Of a stretch of 64,000 bases of DNA, positions 1 to 13,267 are shown piece by piece (position 1 is the first letter of the stretch; the number at the start of each line of letters is the position of its first letter). The stretch comes from Phyllosticta citribraziliensis. Taxonomy: Eukaryota. The stretch covers positions 434,001 to 498,000 of the forward strand of contig NW_027117348.1 of NCBI RefSeq assembly GCF_038025025.1. Direction: 5' to 3'. The notes beneath the pieces were generated by a model that was not told where the DNA came from, did not search any database, and saw only the letters and a list, made by a program, of their open reading frames with translations. The translations under genes were made by a program, and so were the position numbers.

Positions 1-887
1 CGTTCTGAATTTCCTCGATCCACAATGCTCCCCTTTCTCGGCAGGGAGTTTTTCCTCTTCGCTGAATAGATCAATCGGATTTTCGCTTGCTTTGAATGTT
101 GGTACTGAGGCCGTGAGACAGGCGTGACGCCGGTGACGGATTTGTCGAGACAGCCATTGACAAACAGGACAGACGCTGCGGCTGATGAAAAGAAGCTTTC
201 CATGCTGCATCTCGCATCATGCAATTCCGGGTCAGTCAGACTGCCGGTGACGCACTTGCTTGGCCGACGTCACGTCGCGTGGCTGACTGCGCATCAAACC
301 ATTCAAGACCTTTCTTTTGACTCGGGAAGCTTGGCTGCTCGACCCAGCGCGGCGGAGTCCCGTCTTCGCATGGCAGACGAACCAGCGGTCCAGACCGTCT
401 GGTGTGGACGTCTCTGACATCATGTCATGGCGAGGCGAGTCGAGTCAGAATGGGAGGAAGAGCTGCTGCCGTTTGTCGGGAGATCTGCTGGTCGCTGGCT
501 CATGATGCCGGCACGAGGCCACAGGCAATGAAGCAACGACGCACGGCGAGTGAGAAAAGGCAGGGGGGAAGGGGGAAAAGGTACGTGAATCACAAATGCG
601 GGCGAGGCTTTTGCTGGGACTGATTCGTCGAGCAGTCTGCAAAGTCTGTTGCTCTGTGGCTCCCACTGAATCGGAAAAGCACGACATGCCTCCTCACACG
701 AGAGGCGGCATACTGTCAAGTGTTTGGTTGCAAGACATTATGCTGGTTGGTATACAACAATTTGCAAAGATCGAAAGACGAAGAGGCAAACGGCAAGCTG
801 TGCAAGAGTCGAGAGACAGAAATGCAACGACTTTCCTTCTCCGCATCCCCAACGACCCAGAAAACGGAAACCAATGGAGCAGGCCAT

Positions 888-2887
888 CTACCACAAATGC
901 AGCATCTTGAGAACGTCGTGGCGCGCAAAGAAGGCCCTGTTGCGCTTGCCAAAGACATCTGTCGAGGTCAGTACGGTCTTGGATTTTGAGACGGGACGGG
1001 TACTCACACATCAGTATCGTCGTAGCGCAGACGACGACTTGGACGCTCGCGACGGCCGTGAAGACGGGCTTGACGCCCGCAGCTACCAGCCAATCATACG
1101 CCTTCCACGTCAGGGCGAAGCAGAAGATGTTCTTAAACACCATCTGGGCGGTAAACGCCTCGACGGCGAGCTCGCGGTGCGCATCAACCACATACAGAGC
1201 CGACGCGACAGCGCCAATGACCATGCCAGCCACCACGAGGGCGAAGAAGAAGTCGGGCCAGAACCAGCCGTAGCGCGGCGTGTCCTCGCTGACGATGCCG
1301 AAGCCGTAGAGGCCGGCGCAGCCGAGGACGAACTGCGGCACGACGAGGACGGTGCGGAACTCTGGCTCGTAGACGCCCTTGTTGGCGCGGGCCATGGCGC
1401 GCGGGACGCTGTCGGCCAGGACGCCCGCGAGCCCGAAGCCCGCCAGCGCGCCGATGAAGGCGCCCGTGTACATGTAGCCCGTCTGGACTTCGGTGAAGAA
1501 GAGCGGCGGGCCGAGCATCACGGCCGCGAGCACCACGCCGATCATGACCGTCCAGCCGATGAGCACGCCCTGGATCAGACACGACCAGAGGATGCCTGGG
1601 TGCAGGAAGAGCGGGAATGGCCGCAGGAGCAGCTTGATGAACGAATCGTCAGACTTGCGGCCGTTGAAGGGCCGCAGCGTCGACAGGTACGTTGCTTTGG
1701 GCGGGAAGCGAGGCGACGCTCCAGCTTCAGCGGAAACGGCGTCAGGGGCAGGCGGCGCTGCGGCAATGTGGTGGTAGTCGTGCTCGCTCGGTGCGTTTCC
1801 CTTGTCCATGGATGCCGTGTCCTCGCGGCTGCGCGAGAGCGAATCCTTGCGGTCACTGTCCTGCTCAACCCTCAGCGAAGGGGCCTCCAACTCGTGGCCC
1901 GTCTCCTCCCCAAGCCCAATCCCGCCGGTGCGAGACTCGTTCGCAGAGCTCTGCGCAAAGTCGGTGTTGAGCTTGTTGGAGCGCACATAGGCCGTCTCGG
2001 GGCATAGAAAGATGACGGCCGGCAGCAAGGCGCCAGAGATGATGGCGACGCAGTAAAAGCTCCACTCCCAGCCAATCGTCTCGGTCATCTTACCCACGAT
2101 GACGGGAGTGAAGAAAGCACCGCCAAACAGCGCCATGTTGCTCAGGGCCATGCGCTTGCCGCGCTCGTGGACATAGTACAGGTCGCCGACGCAGGCATTG
2201 ACGAGAGCCTCGAACGGCGCCAGACCAATGCCTTGGAAAATTCGCGCCCACAGCAGGCTCTTGTAGCTGGTCCCGCTGGCGCCGCCCCATGCGCTGCTGA
2301 GGACGACGATCACGCTGCCTATCAAGAATGCGTGCCGTTTGCCCCAGACGCGCGCCGATGGCACGAACATGAAGCCAGCCAGCCCGACTCCCAGTAAATG
2401 GTATCCCGTCAGCAACGCCATGTCGGTGAAGTCGCGGCCAAAGTAGAGGGAGAGCGTCAGCGTGTTGGCGGCGAGGAGCGATGACAGCGTCGCCGCGATG
2501 ACGGACACGAGGGAGAGGATGAAGAGGATGATATCGCGCCACCACAGTGGCCAGTTCTGAAATTGTTAGCCGACTTCCACGCCATTGCGCGGGACACTTG
2601 CAAGAGGATCGTTTGGGTCATCGCTGGGCTGTGGGACGAGAATGACGGGGACAGGCCCGCTGCGGTCGTACTTGAGGTTCGGGTCAATTATGAGGTTGCT
2701 CTGATTCTTCTGTTCGTCTTCCAGCAGCACCGTGCCTGGTCATCATCAGCGACATGCTCACAGCTGCAAAAAATCAAACGCGCCTCGACACGTCTGTGAT
2801 TTCCCCTGGGGAGAAAAGACAAAGTATCAAATCGGACGTACCAGGTACACGGTCCATGCGCCGGCTCTCGAGGATACCGAGCCCCAT
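888..2887 (-). CDS. Major facilitator superfamily transporter (4 exons)
   Basis: Spliced start MGLGILESRRMDRVPG|TVLLED...VPQPSDDPNDPL|NWPLWWRD, then ORF 694-2508 with about 12 hydrophobic segments and MFS motifs (WGKR, ARIFQGIG, VGDLYYVHERGKR, GWEW, PET, YEPEFR). The last intron leads to YVFGKRNRAFFARHDVLKMLHLW*, TAG at 890-888. Intron 2557-2601 is GC-AG. Confidence 0.9.
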
Positions 2888-5555
2888 CTTGACCAGTACG
2901 CGGAGGCGCACGCTCTCCTCACGGGATTCTTGTTCGCCTTTCCAGTATGCTCTGCGTCTCCTCGCGCGCTCTTCTCTCCCGCGAATCGGGCAATCAATCT
3001 ACTAGTCTTTCAGACGACCACCAATGTGGCAGGCCGCAAACGGTCCTTTTCTGCCCAAACAATCGACGGAGCACTCGCGAGAGCTTTCGGTCAACCCAAA
3101 AGGAAGCCAAACAGCAAACAAGCACCAAACGAGTAGCGGTGAGGATGTCGACCGCGAGCAAGGTTCGTAGACTGTGCTGGCAAGCTAGCTACCTAGCTAT
3201 ACTGAAAGAAACCCAAACAGAGCAAGGTGGTGGGCGGAAGGTGGGCGGAAGCGCCTCCTGGGGACAGCAACGAAGACCGATGGGCAAAGGCGACGAGGGC
3301 GCGACTTGATGGCTTAGGACAAGGGCTGATAGACGACGTGTATATGCGGCGGCCGGATCGATAGGAAGGCTGCGCTTCGGTGTATCTGTCGGCTAGACGG
3401 TGATGGAGTGACTGGACTTGCGTGGGCTGCTGGTCGGTTGGTCGGCAGCGGCGGCGGGGCGCGGAGGTGTGGGGGAGGGCTTTGCTTGCTTGGCCTTCTT
3501 TTCGTGGAGATTCTTTGGATTATTCTTGCTTTCGAGAAGAGCTGGTGCGAGATGAAGAAGCACAACGTGTCGAAGAGACGGAGACACAACTGGTATGAGA
3601 GTGGTTGGCCAACCCGATCAGCAAACCCGTCAAACAAATCGAACCCCTTCGAAAACATGCGCGTCCAAAAGCAGCGCCGCGGCGGCGGCAGCGGCAATGG
3701 AAGGGAGGGAGGCTGTAGCAAAAGTTTATGTTTATTCGACTTCTGCGTGAGCCAATCAGGCAGTGGAGCACAAAAGCTTCTTTCCCGCGTCAATCAATCA
3801 CATCAGGGTCTGAGCGAGGCCAACGCGTCCGCCTCCAGCCCAGCCATCCAGCCTGCTTGCCGCGGTAGACGGTCCACTCTGCTCGATTGTTGGCGCGGGA
3901 TGCCGTTTGGTTTGCCGCGAGGTGTGTAGTGCTGTAGAACCAGCCATCGGCAGAGCACAAACAGTGGCCCGCGTTCCAGCCACGACACTTTCACCAATTG
4001 TGTCAATTTGTAGCGATTTTGACCTGTCGATTGCCTGCCTGCTTTATGTGTTCACTTGGTCAGTTGATTGACTCGTCAACTGCCACTCCATTCCTCCGTG
4101 TCAACGACCGCAGAGTTCGAAACCCGGGATATGTATACAACAACCACTTGCCAATTGGATCCACCCCCCACGCGTAAAAACGAGCTCTCGGACTCCTCAG
4201 CTAAGTTGTCGATAGAAGCTTCCACACGTACGTTTGCCACGCTCCAACTTGTTTCGTCCGCCCCCGCCAGAGAGGAGCACCAGAAGCTCAAGCTCCCCCG
4301 CTCCACCCACGTGCGCACCACGTACCCTGTACACAACAGCTGCGTACATGAATCAAGTTGACTCGCCAACATGGATATCCCAGCTCAAGCCAGCAAGCCA
4401 CGCGCTTATGGCGCAGCAGTGTTTGCAGCGGTCGCGGCGGTGGTGGTGGCGGCAGTGGCGGTGAGCCTGACCTTTTTTGGGCGCGAGCGGTTAGCATTGT
4501 AGGTCAGGCAGTTAGGTAGGTACATGTAGTTGGAGTGAGGCTGTACTGCTGTACATACACGTATTGGCAAAATGAGGTACTTGTGCTGTACACAAATAGA
4601 GCACCCAAACACGCTTGAGCCTGAGTGTCGAGAGCTAGGGCAATGCTGCGCAAGGTGCGTACGAGTGGCGACCAAGAGCCAAAGTAAGAACAGAGGAGGG
4701 AGCTAGTCCGAAACGGAATCGAGTCAAAGCACAACCCTGCTATCCGTCTGTAGCGGCCAGCCACATCACACCAAGTCTTCGTCAATCACAGGAAAAGGGA
4801 AAGACATTGCTGAATCATTCGAGGTATGCGCAAAGAACCAAAGTCCATCGACCACGCGGACAAAACACAGAAGAGGGGCCATCTTCAGAGCGATCAATTG
4901 ATTTAACGTCGCACATTGGTGTCCGATCAATTCCTCGCACCCATCAAACAAAGAACCCATGAACCCCAAGGCCATCTCAGTCCAGCCTTGTCCATCCCAA
5001 TCCAATCCGAAAACCTTGTCGTGAACCCGTTGCAATCTTCGCCTCGTGCTGCCCGTTCGTCTGCCTGGAGGAACCCTTCGCCATGAATCCGGATCCGCAT
5101 GAGATGATAATGATATTCGATGCCACAAGGAAAAAAAGGAGAGAACGCTAAAAGACAAGAAGAGATGGACGGAGAGGAGAGAGGCAAGAGGCCCGCATCC
5201 ACCTCTGCCGTAAGTTGATTGTTGCACTTGCGCCTGTGAGACCGTGGTATCATGCTCTGGATCCCTAGGCCGGAGTCTGCCCCATGCGCCACGACCAAAC
5301 TTTGCGCCCATGATTAACGAAAACAGAATATATCCCACTGACACCAGTCAGGAGAATGCTCAAAGGAAAGAAGAATGAAATCTTGCTAAGCTAGTCATGT
5401 ACCATGGCCACTTACGCGCACCGGTTCCGTACGCCAGGCCAAGAAAGATGAAAATGCCCGTAAAACGCCTTACCAGATGAATGCATGCATCGCAAAACAT
5501 GGCAAATGTGTGCTGCCCTACGCGGATGCAAATGTCGATGCCAGCCGCCGCAGGC

Positions 5556-8500
5556 TCAACGCGGTGGCGTACTGGTCGCAAAGGGTGAAGAAGATGGCGA
5601 CCCCTTGCCCATGATGGGCAGGCTTGCGCGCTTTTGAGATTTTTGAATCTCAATCTTCTTCCGAAGTGCCTTGAGCCGGCCCTTCATGCTTTCAATCACT
5701 GCGAGGGTTAGCAAAGGCGTGCAAAAGGATGGTGCGGCTTACATTTCAAAACAGAAGCTCGGTCCTCATCTTCGAGGCCATTGATGATCTCCTCCTCTTG
5801 ATTCTTGCCGCTGGTCAGCCTGCGTCCGGACAGATCTTCATCGCTTTCGAAAATCGCTTCTAGCATGCGGATTGCCGTAGCGTAGTTGAGCTCGCAGCCG
5901 GGAAGGTCTTCGCCGACGAGTTCATTCACGGCAGCGGCTCTGCTCATTTCAATGGCTCGGTCATACATGAGTTTTTCAGCCGTGATTCCGGTCGGCAGAT
6001 GAATGTTCTCCGCCGAAGTGTTGGCACTTGTGAGTGAAGACGACGCAGAGGGCATGTTGTTGGGGTGCGCCGGGTGATCTGCTGGCAGTTGCTTTTGCGC
6101 TTCGACAAGCTTGCGGCCGACAAACTCGGACTTTTCGACGCACTCGTTGAATCGATTGCGCACCCACTGCACGACCTGATTCATCTTGGCCCCAATAGCG
6201 GCAATGTTGGGGTTGCCAGAGCTAGAGCGGGGTAAGTTGCTGTCGCCAATGACCTCTCCTCTGTTGCGCTGGCCCCACCAGCTACCAGCTAGGTCAATGG
6301 ACTTGGCCAGCAGCGCCAATGCCTTGACGTACAAGACCAACGCCTCCTCCGATATGGTGAGCACGGCATCGACGGTAAGGTCTTCGTCCGAGTCTTCCTC
6401 GTCGTCGGGGCGGTGGGCGGTCTGGTTGATGCCGAGGCCGTGGTCGCTGGGTGGCGCAGGCAGGAGCTGCTTGTACTTGACTTCGGCGAATCCGTAAATG
6501 ACGTGACTGCGCTGCGCGAGCTCCTCTACCATTTCCAGGACACGCGTGTCCTTGTCGCGCGAGGCTGCACTCGTCTTTCCGTCGCCAATCACCAACAGGC
6601 CGCTTTGGGCGGTTGGGTAGATGGGAAACTGCGTGTAGCCCTTGGGCGGCGAGGGCCCGCGACCGGGCGGTGAGGCTCCAGTGCCAAAGATTCTGTAGCT
6701 TGCCATGTTGAGCGCCTTGGAAATGGCCGACGTAGCTGAGCCTGGGCTAGGGCCATAGCGCCTCTCGTAAGAGCTAGCGCGGTGGTGGAGAGAGCTTGGA
6801 CGGTCTCTACCGGGAGCAATCTGAATTGCTCGAGAAGGTGTACCATGGGCACCAGTGGTCGAGGTTGGCGCGCCCTGAGTCGTAGCCCGTCTCACCATGG
6901 CTCCGTGAGAGGGCGACGTGGGGCGGTCTCTGTTAAATTGCGGGCTCGCAGCCAACTCGTCTGCAAAGGCATTGACCTCGACGCTGCGCTTCTCCACCAA
7001 GACGTAGTCGCGCTCAAAGGCGATTTCCTGGGCGGCGCGCTCTCTCGCCTCGCGCTGTGCCCTCTCCTCGGCCCTCTGCGGATTGCGCTCTCGTTCCAAG
7101 TGTTCGCGGAGCATGGACGAACTTGGCGAAGGCGAGTGGCGGCTGGCGCGACGGTTCAAGGTCACGGCGGCCGCCGAGGGCGCTCGCTCCTGGGGTAGCT
7201 GCTGGCGAGCTGGAGCGGTGGCATGCGAAGTGATGGTGGGCCTGCGTTCGGCCTGAACCGGCGCGGTTCGTTCTGGTGGAGCTTGGGCGGGAGCGTTGCT
7301 GTAACGTCTGGACGCAGGGATCGGCGGCGTTCCGGGGCCAGGAGCCGTCGCCCCAGTCCGAGAGACAGGCCTTGGCGATGGGATCATCTCTGCTGCCGGT
7401 CTGGGGCGAGACGAAGTCGGGTAGGCCTGCATCTCGACGTGCCGCGGGCTAGACAAGGGCTCCGGCAAGGCATGCCTGTCCTTGGACATGGATCCTTCGT
7501 TTTGGGAGCTCCGGGGCTGGTCCTCGTCGACCAAGCCGGGGATCTCGCCGGCCACGACTTCGTCGGAGAAGAAGGACTCGTGAGATATGCGCTCGGTGGG
7601 CGTCTTTTTGAGCAGCGCTCGGCAGACGGTCTTCATGTCGCGGGTGATGAGGCAGTCGTTGAAGGTGATTCTGTCATCCTGTTTCTCGATTCTGCGCAGC
7701 AGCTCGACGTGGTTGTTTGCTCGAAAAGGCGGCTTGCCCACGAGCATCTCGTACAAGACGGTTCCGGTCGACCACAGGTCGGCTTTGGCGTCGTACTTTT
7801 CGTAGCGGAGTATCTCGGGGGCCATGTATAGCGGAGAGCCGCAGAGAGTTTCGGCCAAGGACGACTTGGGCAGCCATCTGGCAAAGCCAAAGTCGGCAAT
7901 CTTGAGCATTGGAAGCGAGGGAACGCCGACGGCGGGGACCATGGAGCCCTCGGCAGCGGCGTAGGGGATTTCGTGTGGTCGGTACTTTTGGTAGTACAGA
8001 GGTGAGGGGTTGAGAAGGAGATTCTGCGGCTTGAGATCACGGTGAACGTAATTCTTGGAGTGCATAAACTCGAGGGCGCTCGCAATCTGCTTGAGGAAGT
8101 GACGGGCGAGCACTTCGTTGAGACCTCCGACGGGCGGATTGGGGTATTTCTTCATCATGACCTTGGTGGCGGGATGGTCGGGCAACGAGGCGCGCTTCTT
8201 GATGAAGCTAGACAGGTCGCCAAGCTCGCAAAACTCGGTGACGATGTGTATGAACTTGGGCACCTCCTTGCAGTCGATGAGGGCGACAATGTGTGGATGG
8301 GTCAGGTTGCGCAGGATCTGTATCTCGGTCGAGAGGTTGTCCTTGAGCTTCTTGTTGAGCTTGGTGGTGTCGACCGACTTGATGGCCACGACGAGCTCGC
8401 GCTTGGTCTGCGAGGTGTTAGAGGGGTCATCGGAGCGAGAGGTGATCTTACCATGTGGACGCCCTTGTAGACGGTTGCGAAGCTGCCCTTTCCAATCTGA

Positions 8501-8610
8501 TTCATCCTCCTGAAGGAGCCCACCATGGTGTCCGGATCCGAGGCGGCAGAGGGATGAGTCGACGAGCGCGACGGAGCCGGATGGCGAGAGGGTTGATTGG
8601 GAGCAGCCAT
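5556..8610 (-). CDS. ATG1: Serine/threonine kinase Atg1 (autophagy initiation)
   Basis: Exon 1 IGKGSFATVYKG, intron 8408-8451, then VAIKS, HRDLKPQNLLL, KIADFGFAR, ETLCGSPLYMAPEILRYEKYDAKADLWS. C-terminal FERDYVLVEKRSVEVNAFADE and EEALVLYVKAL segments are typical of the Atg1 tandem-MIT region. A final intron near 5700-5742 leads to a stop at 5558-5556. Confidence 0.95.
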
Positions 8611-9872
8611 GATGGCGGCTGGAGAGGGTGGCGTGGGAGTGTACGGGGGCAGCGACTAGACGGGCGGTGGTGTCGCTACAGTCACCGCAGGTGAAGGGAG
8701 GCCAAGGCGGAGTTGACTTGGGACATGGGCCGCGAGAGAGGGGCGGAGCGGGACGAGACGAGGATGGCGACGAGGTCGAGGTAGAGGTCGAGTCGAGGTT
8801 GGAGGAGAGGACGAGAGAAGTAGGAGGGTGGTCGTAGGTCGAGGTCAGGGAAGTGGGCGAGGCAGCTAGAGCGGCCGGGATGCGCAACGCAACGCAGCGC
8901 AGTGCAGTGCAGTGCAGTGCAGCCAGGCGGCAACGGGCCGCACAGACAAAGAAAGCCGGGAGAGAGAGTAGAAATAGAGTCGAGTCGAGTCGAGTGGACC
9001 GGGGGCGCAGGGGTTTGCGAGGCGCAGGAGCACGGCGGGAGGTGGAGAAGGAGGAGAAGAGGAGAGGAGGCAGTGAGTGGTTGTAGGAGTAGAGCAGAGT
9101 AGGTAGTGGAGGTGACCTGATGGGACAGGACGATGTCACGGGGTTTAGATAGCGGACAGCCTCAACTGATAAGCTGCAGTTGTCAACGAGCAGAGCAGAG
9201 CAGAGCAGAGCAGGCGATGGATGAAGGCTCTCTGCAGTGGTCGTGTATATCTACCCTATTGATTCATTGATGGAGCGCATGCCGTCATGACGGCTGACTC
9301 TTTTGCAATCCATCACGGTCGTGCTGGTGGCGCGTGGAGGCGACATTGGTCATGCCGTCGCGCCCGCTCTTCTCTCCGCCGCGCACATGGACGACAGCGT
9401 CTACAGTATGTGATGTTTACCAGAACAGCCGTGACAGCCGAAGTCGAGTCTTGAATGTATGTAGGTAGGTATACATGTACTGTGTTGTGTGTGCATGTCC
9501 CACTGATTGGCTCCCAAGCCGTCCTGTCACTTTGACCGGCGCCAGTGGATGCGCCGGTCAACCAACAAAGGCGCAGATTGCGGAGAGACTGGAGTCTGAT
9601 GGTGCAATCCGGATGTTTCAACTCACTGGTATCTACATGTATTGGATATGATGTCGACGTCAACGCAGAACTGAAGTGAGCGACCGACCGACCGACCGAC
9701 CGCGGCAGCCGACGATGCTGAGTCAGCCCGTCACGTGTCTGCGCTTTCCCCTCGCGTTGCGCACGGGCCCAGGCACACAATCCCCGGCCGGCCCTCTCCG
9801 CGTCGCTCCGACTCCTCCACTCTCCACATCCCCAACGTCCACTCGTCCTCTCCACGCCCTCCCTTGCTAAGA

Positions 9873-12800
9873 ATGCCCTGGCCTTCCTTTGGCTCCGGCC
9901 GGAAACGAAAGGCTCCAGAAGTCACCTCCTACAATGGTCGTCGCTACAATCCCTATGCCTATGCCAATGCTCAGCGACGCCGCAACACCGAGGCCTCTCG
10001 CCCTTCGTCAAGCTCACGCACTACCTCCAGCTCGCGCCCTTCATCCGGGTCTCGATCTTCGTACAATTCAACGAGCTCCCGACCTCGCACTTCCACCACT
10101 CCACGGTCATCGCAAAGCTCCAGACCCGCGCAGAGCTTTCAGTCCTCGCAGAACTCCAGAGTAGACGAGTTTGGCGACGACTCCATCTTTGACAACGTCG
10201 AATGCATCGACTTGACTGGCGACACTCCAACCACCTCATTTGCTTCGTCGCAAAATTCAACCACTACTCCTCAGCGTGCTCCGCCGCGCTCTTCGCAATC
10301 ATGGCGAGTCGATGAATTTGGCGACGAGTCTGTCTTTGACCAAATCGTCGACCAATCCCAGGTCTTGAATGAACGTGCCTTTGAGCAGAGCATTCTCTAT
10401 GGTATGCTCGTCGCTGATGTCGTCTGCTGCCCAAACTAAAGCCACCCAGGCGTCTTGCCTACCAAGATTGTAGGCCTCCGCTACCACACCGGCTCTGCCA
10501 CGATTGGAGAATTGATCATGTTGCGGAGGGAGCCCCAAAATAAGGTAAGCACGCCTTTCTCGCACCACGTGGCGTGCTTGTGAGGAATGCCCCTTTTCCA
10601 TTGTCTCGATCTTTGCCCTATTGTTGTCTCATTTGATAAATGCATTTTTTTGAAATAACAATGGAGTGTGGCACTAACTCGTAGTAGTTCGATATCAATG
10701 CCATCAAGGTGCTCAATGTCTACGGCCAGCAGATTGGTCACCTCCCTCGAGTCTTGGCTGCCAAATTGGCCCGTTACATGGACAATCGGTCGCTGGTGGT
10801 TGAGGGGGCCATCACCGGCCACATGGGCACCTTTGACTGCCCTGTTGAAGTGAAGCTGTACGGAACTAGCGATCCCATTGCCCGGGCGGACCTGGTCAAC
10901 CAGATGAAGGCCGACCACTTCCCTGTCAACGAGTTCAACAAGTGGGAGAGGCTCCAGAAAGAAAGGTTCAAGGCTCACCAAGCCATGCTCAGAGCTAGAG
11001 GACTCATCGGCAGCTCTCAATTGCAGATTGTAGAGGGTGGCAGCTCGCAAGTCGGCTTTGGCTCAACCCAACAGGTCCAAAGCCTTGAAAGCATCATTGG
11101 CGAGAGTCAGAAATTCGACCCTCGCAAAGCTGACCAGGCCGTCGAGAAGTTTGGCATCAAGGAAGCCGACCTCGAGCAGATGCCACGGGCCCCACAGCCA
11201 GACTCCATCAAGGCCCAGCTCTTGCCATATCAACTCCAAGGCCTCCAGTGGATGTTGGACCACGAGAATCCCAAGCCTCCGGCCATTGGATCCACCGACG
11301 TGGTCCAGCTGTGGAAGCGAGACGCCAGGAACCCGGACAAATTCACCAACATTTGCACCAACTTCTCCGTCAATGGTTCTCCTGAATTTGCTTCTGGAGG
11401 AATTTTGGCCGACGACATGGGCTTGGGCAAGACGGTGCAGATCATTTCTCTCATCATGGCCGACCAAGCCCTGCATAGCGACAAGGGTGAAGGCCACGCC
11501 ACTCTCATCTTAGCTCCCCTCAGCGTCATGAGCAACTGGTCGACGCAAATCGAAAGGCACGTCCAGCCAGAGCATCAGCTTCGCGTGCTCATCTACCATG
11601 GCAACCGCAAGAAACGCATCGACCCGAAAGAGATTGCCAACTATGATGTCGTCGTCACCACCTATGAGACGGCCTCTTCCGAGTTTTGGGCCAAGGGCTC
11701 GGGTTCGCAGCCCAAGCCTGTTCCGAGGAAAGATGGGCTGTTTTCTGTCAATTGGCGGAGGTTGGTTCTCGACGAGGGCCACCAGATCCGCAACCCTGGC
11801 TCGAAAAAGGCACTCGCCACCTACAGCCTCGCTGCACGGTCGAGGTGGGCACTGACTGGCACTCCCATCATTAACGGATTGAAGGACTTGTTTTCTCTCA
11901 TCAAGTTCTTGCGTCTCTCTGGCGGTCTGGATCAGTTTGAGCTCTTCAACGCAGCGCTCACGCGGCCTGTCAATCAAGCTCAAGACCATGGCAACTTTTT
12001 GCTGCAGACGTTGATGCAGGGAATCTGTCTGCGCCGCAGAAAAGACATGCCCTTTATCGACTTGCGTTTGCCAGAGCTTACCCAGGTCACTCGTCCCGTC
12101 GAGTTTTCGCCCCACGAAAAGGAAAAGTACGACCTCTTGGAGGCCCAGGCCCAGGGAACACTGAGTCAGTACCGCGACCAGGCCAACACGTCAGGAGCGG
12201 ACGCGGCCAAGACCTACCGCCATTTGTTTGAGGTCTTGTTGCGCCTGCGCCAGGTCTGCAACCACTGGAAACTTGTTGGCGAAGATCGTCTTTCTGGACT
12301 CTACGACGCGCTCGCCAAGGACAAGGTGGTGGAGCTCACGCCCGAAAACTACGAGGCGCTGCAGAAGCTGCTGCAAATCAGCATTGAGTCGCAAGAGGAA
12401 TGCTCCATTTGCTTCGAGGGGTTCCACGATCCGAAGAGGCCGCTCCACTCCCCAGTCATCACTTGCTGCGCGCACGTCTTTGGATATGAATGTATCGAGC
12501 GCTGGGTCGAAGCGAACCACACCTGTCCGCTATGCCGTGCCGAGCTCCCCGGCACAAACTCGCTGGTCAAGCCTGCCCAGGAGGAGCCCGCGGCAGCGCC
12601 TGTCGACGCCGAGAACGCGGGTAACAGCTCCAAAGTGGAGCGATTGATGGAAATCCTCGAGGCTACGCGGGCCAAGGACAAGTCGATCAAGACGATCGTC
12701 TTTAGCCAGTGGACGTCGTTCCTCGACATCCTGCAGCCGCACTTGGACACGACCGGCATCAAGTACGCACGTATCGATGGCAGTATGAGGCCAGAGGCTC

Positions 12801-13267
12801 GAGACGCGTCACTCAACGCGCTCGAAAACGATGACGACACCACTGTTCTCCTCGCGTCGCTGGCCAGCTGCAGTGTTGGCCTCAACCTCGTCGCAGCATC
12901 GCAGGTCATCCTCGCCGACACGTGGTGGGCGCCGGCCATCGAAGATCAGGCCGTCGACCGCGTGCACCGCCTCGGCCAGACGCGCGAGACGACTGTGTTC
13001 CGTCTCGTCGTCGAGGGCACGATTGAGGACCGCGTGCTCGACATTCAGCAGGAAAAGCGTAAGCTCATGGCGTTGGCCTTTTCGGAGAAGGCGGACAAGG
13101 CCAAGGGCAAGGTCGGCAGGGCTGCACGCATCGCCGATTTGGAGAGGCTTCTGGGCCGCCGCAGTGCTGCGTCTGGATCTGGATCTGGGTCTGGCGATGG
13201 CAATGGCGGCGAGGAGACTGCTGGCGAAGCCTCGGCTCCAGCTGAGGCTACTGCCACTGCGGTGTAG
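9873..13267 (+). CDS. Rad5/HLTF-like SNF2 helicase with HIRAN and RING domains
   Basis: HIRAN-like TKIVGLRYH...LRREPQNK|FDINAIKVLN..GQQIGHLPR; GGILADDMGLGKT; LVLDEGHQIRN; RING CSIC...CAHVFG..CI...CPLCR; HELICc VFSQWTSFL, QAVDRVHRLGQ. Introns near 10402-10449 and at 10545-10687. Confidence 0.92.

Noticed and set aside
724..2007. Long antisense ORFs opposite MFS (similar ones lie opposite ATG1, the helicase, ACO2 and MES1)
   Set aside because: Shadow ORFs caused by high GC3 codon bias; no recognisable motifs.
3300..5400. Several 100-190-aa ORFs between MFS and ATG1
   Set aside because: No coherent splice model, domain or codon bias; probably promoter/UTR sequence.
8611..9139. N-terminal extension of the 1143-aa ATG1 ORF
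   Set aside because: Low-complexity 5' region with (GCAGT)n and (GTCGA)n repeats. The real kinase N-lobe starts at the ATG at 8610 in another frame and joins through intron 8408-8451.
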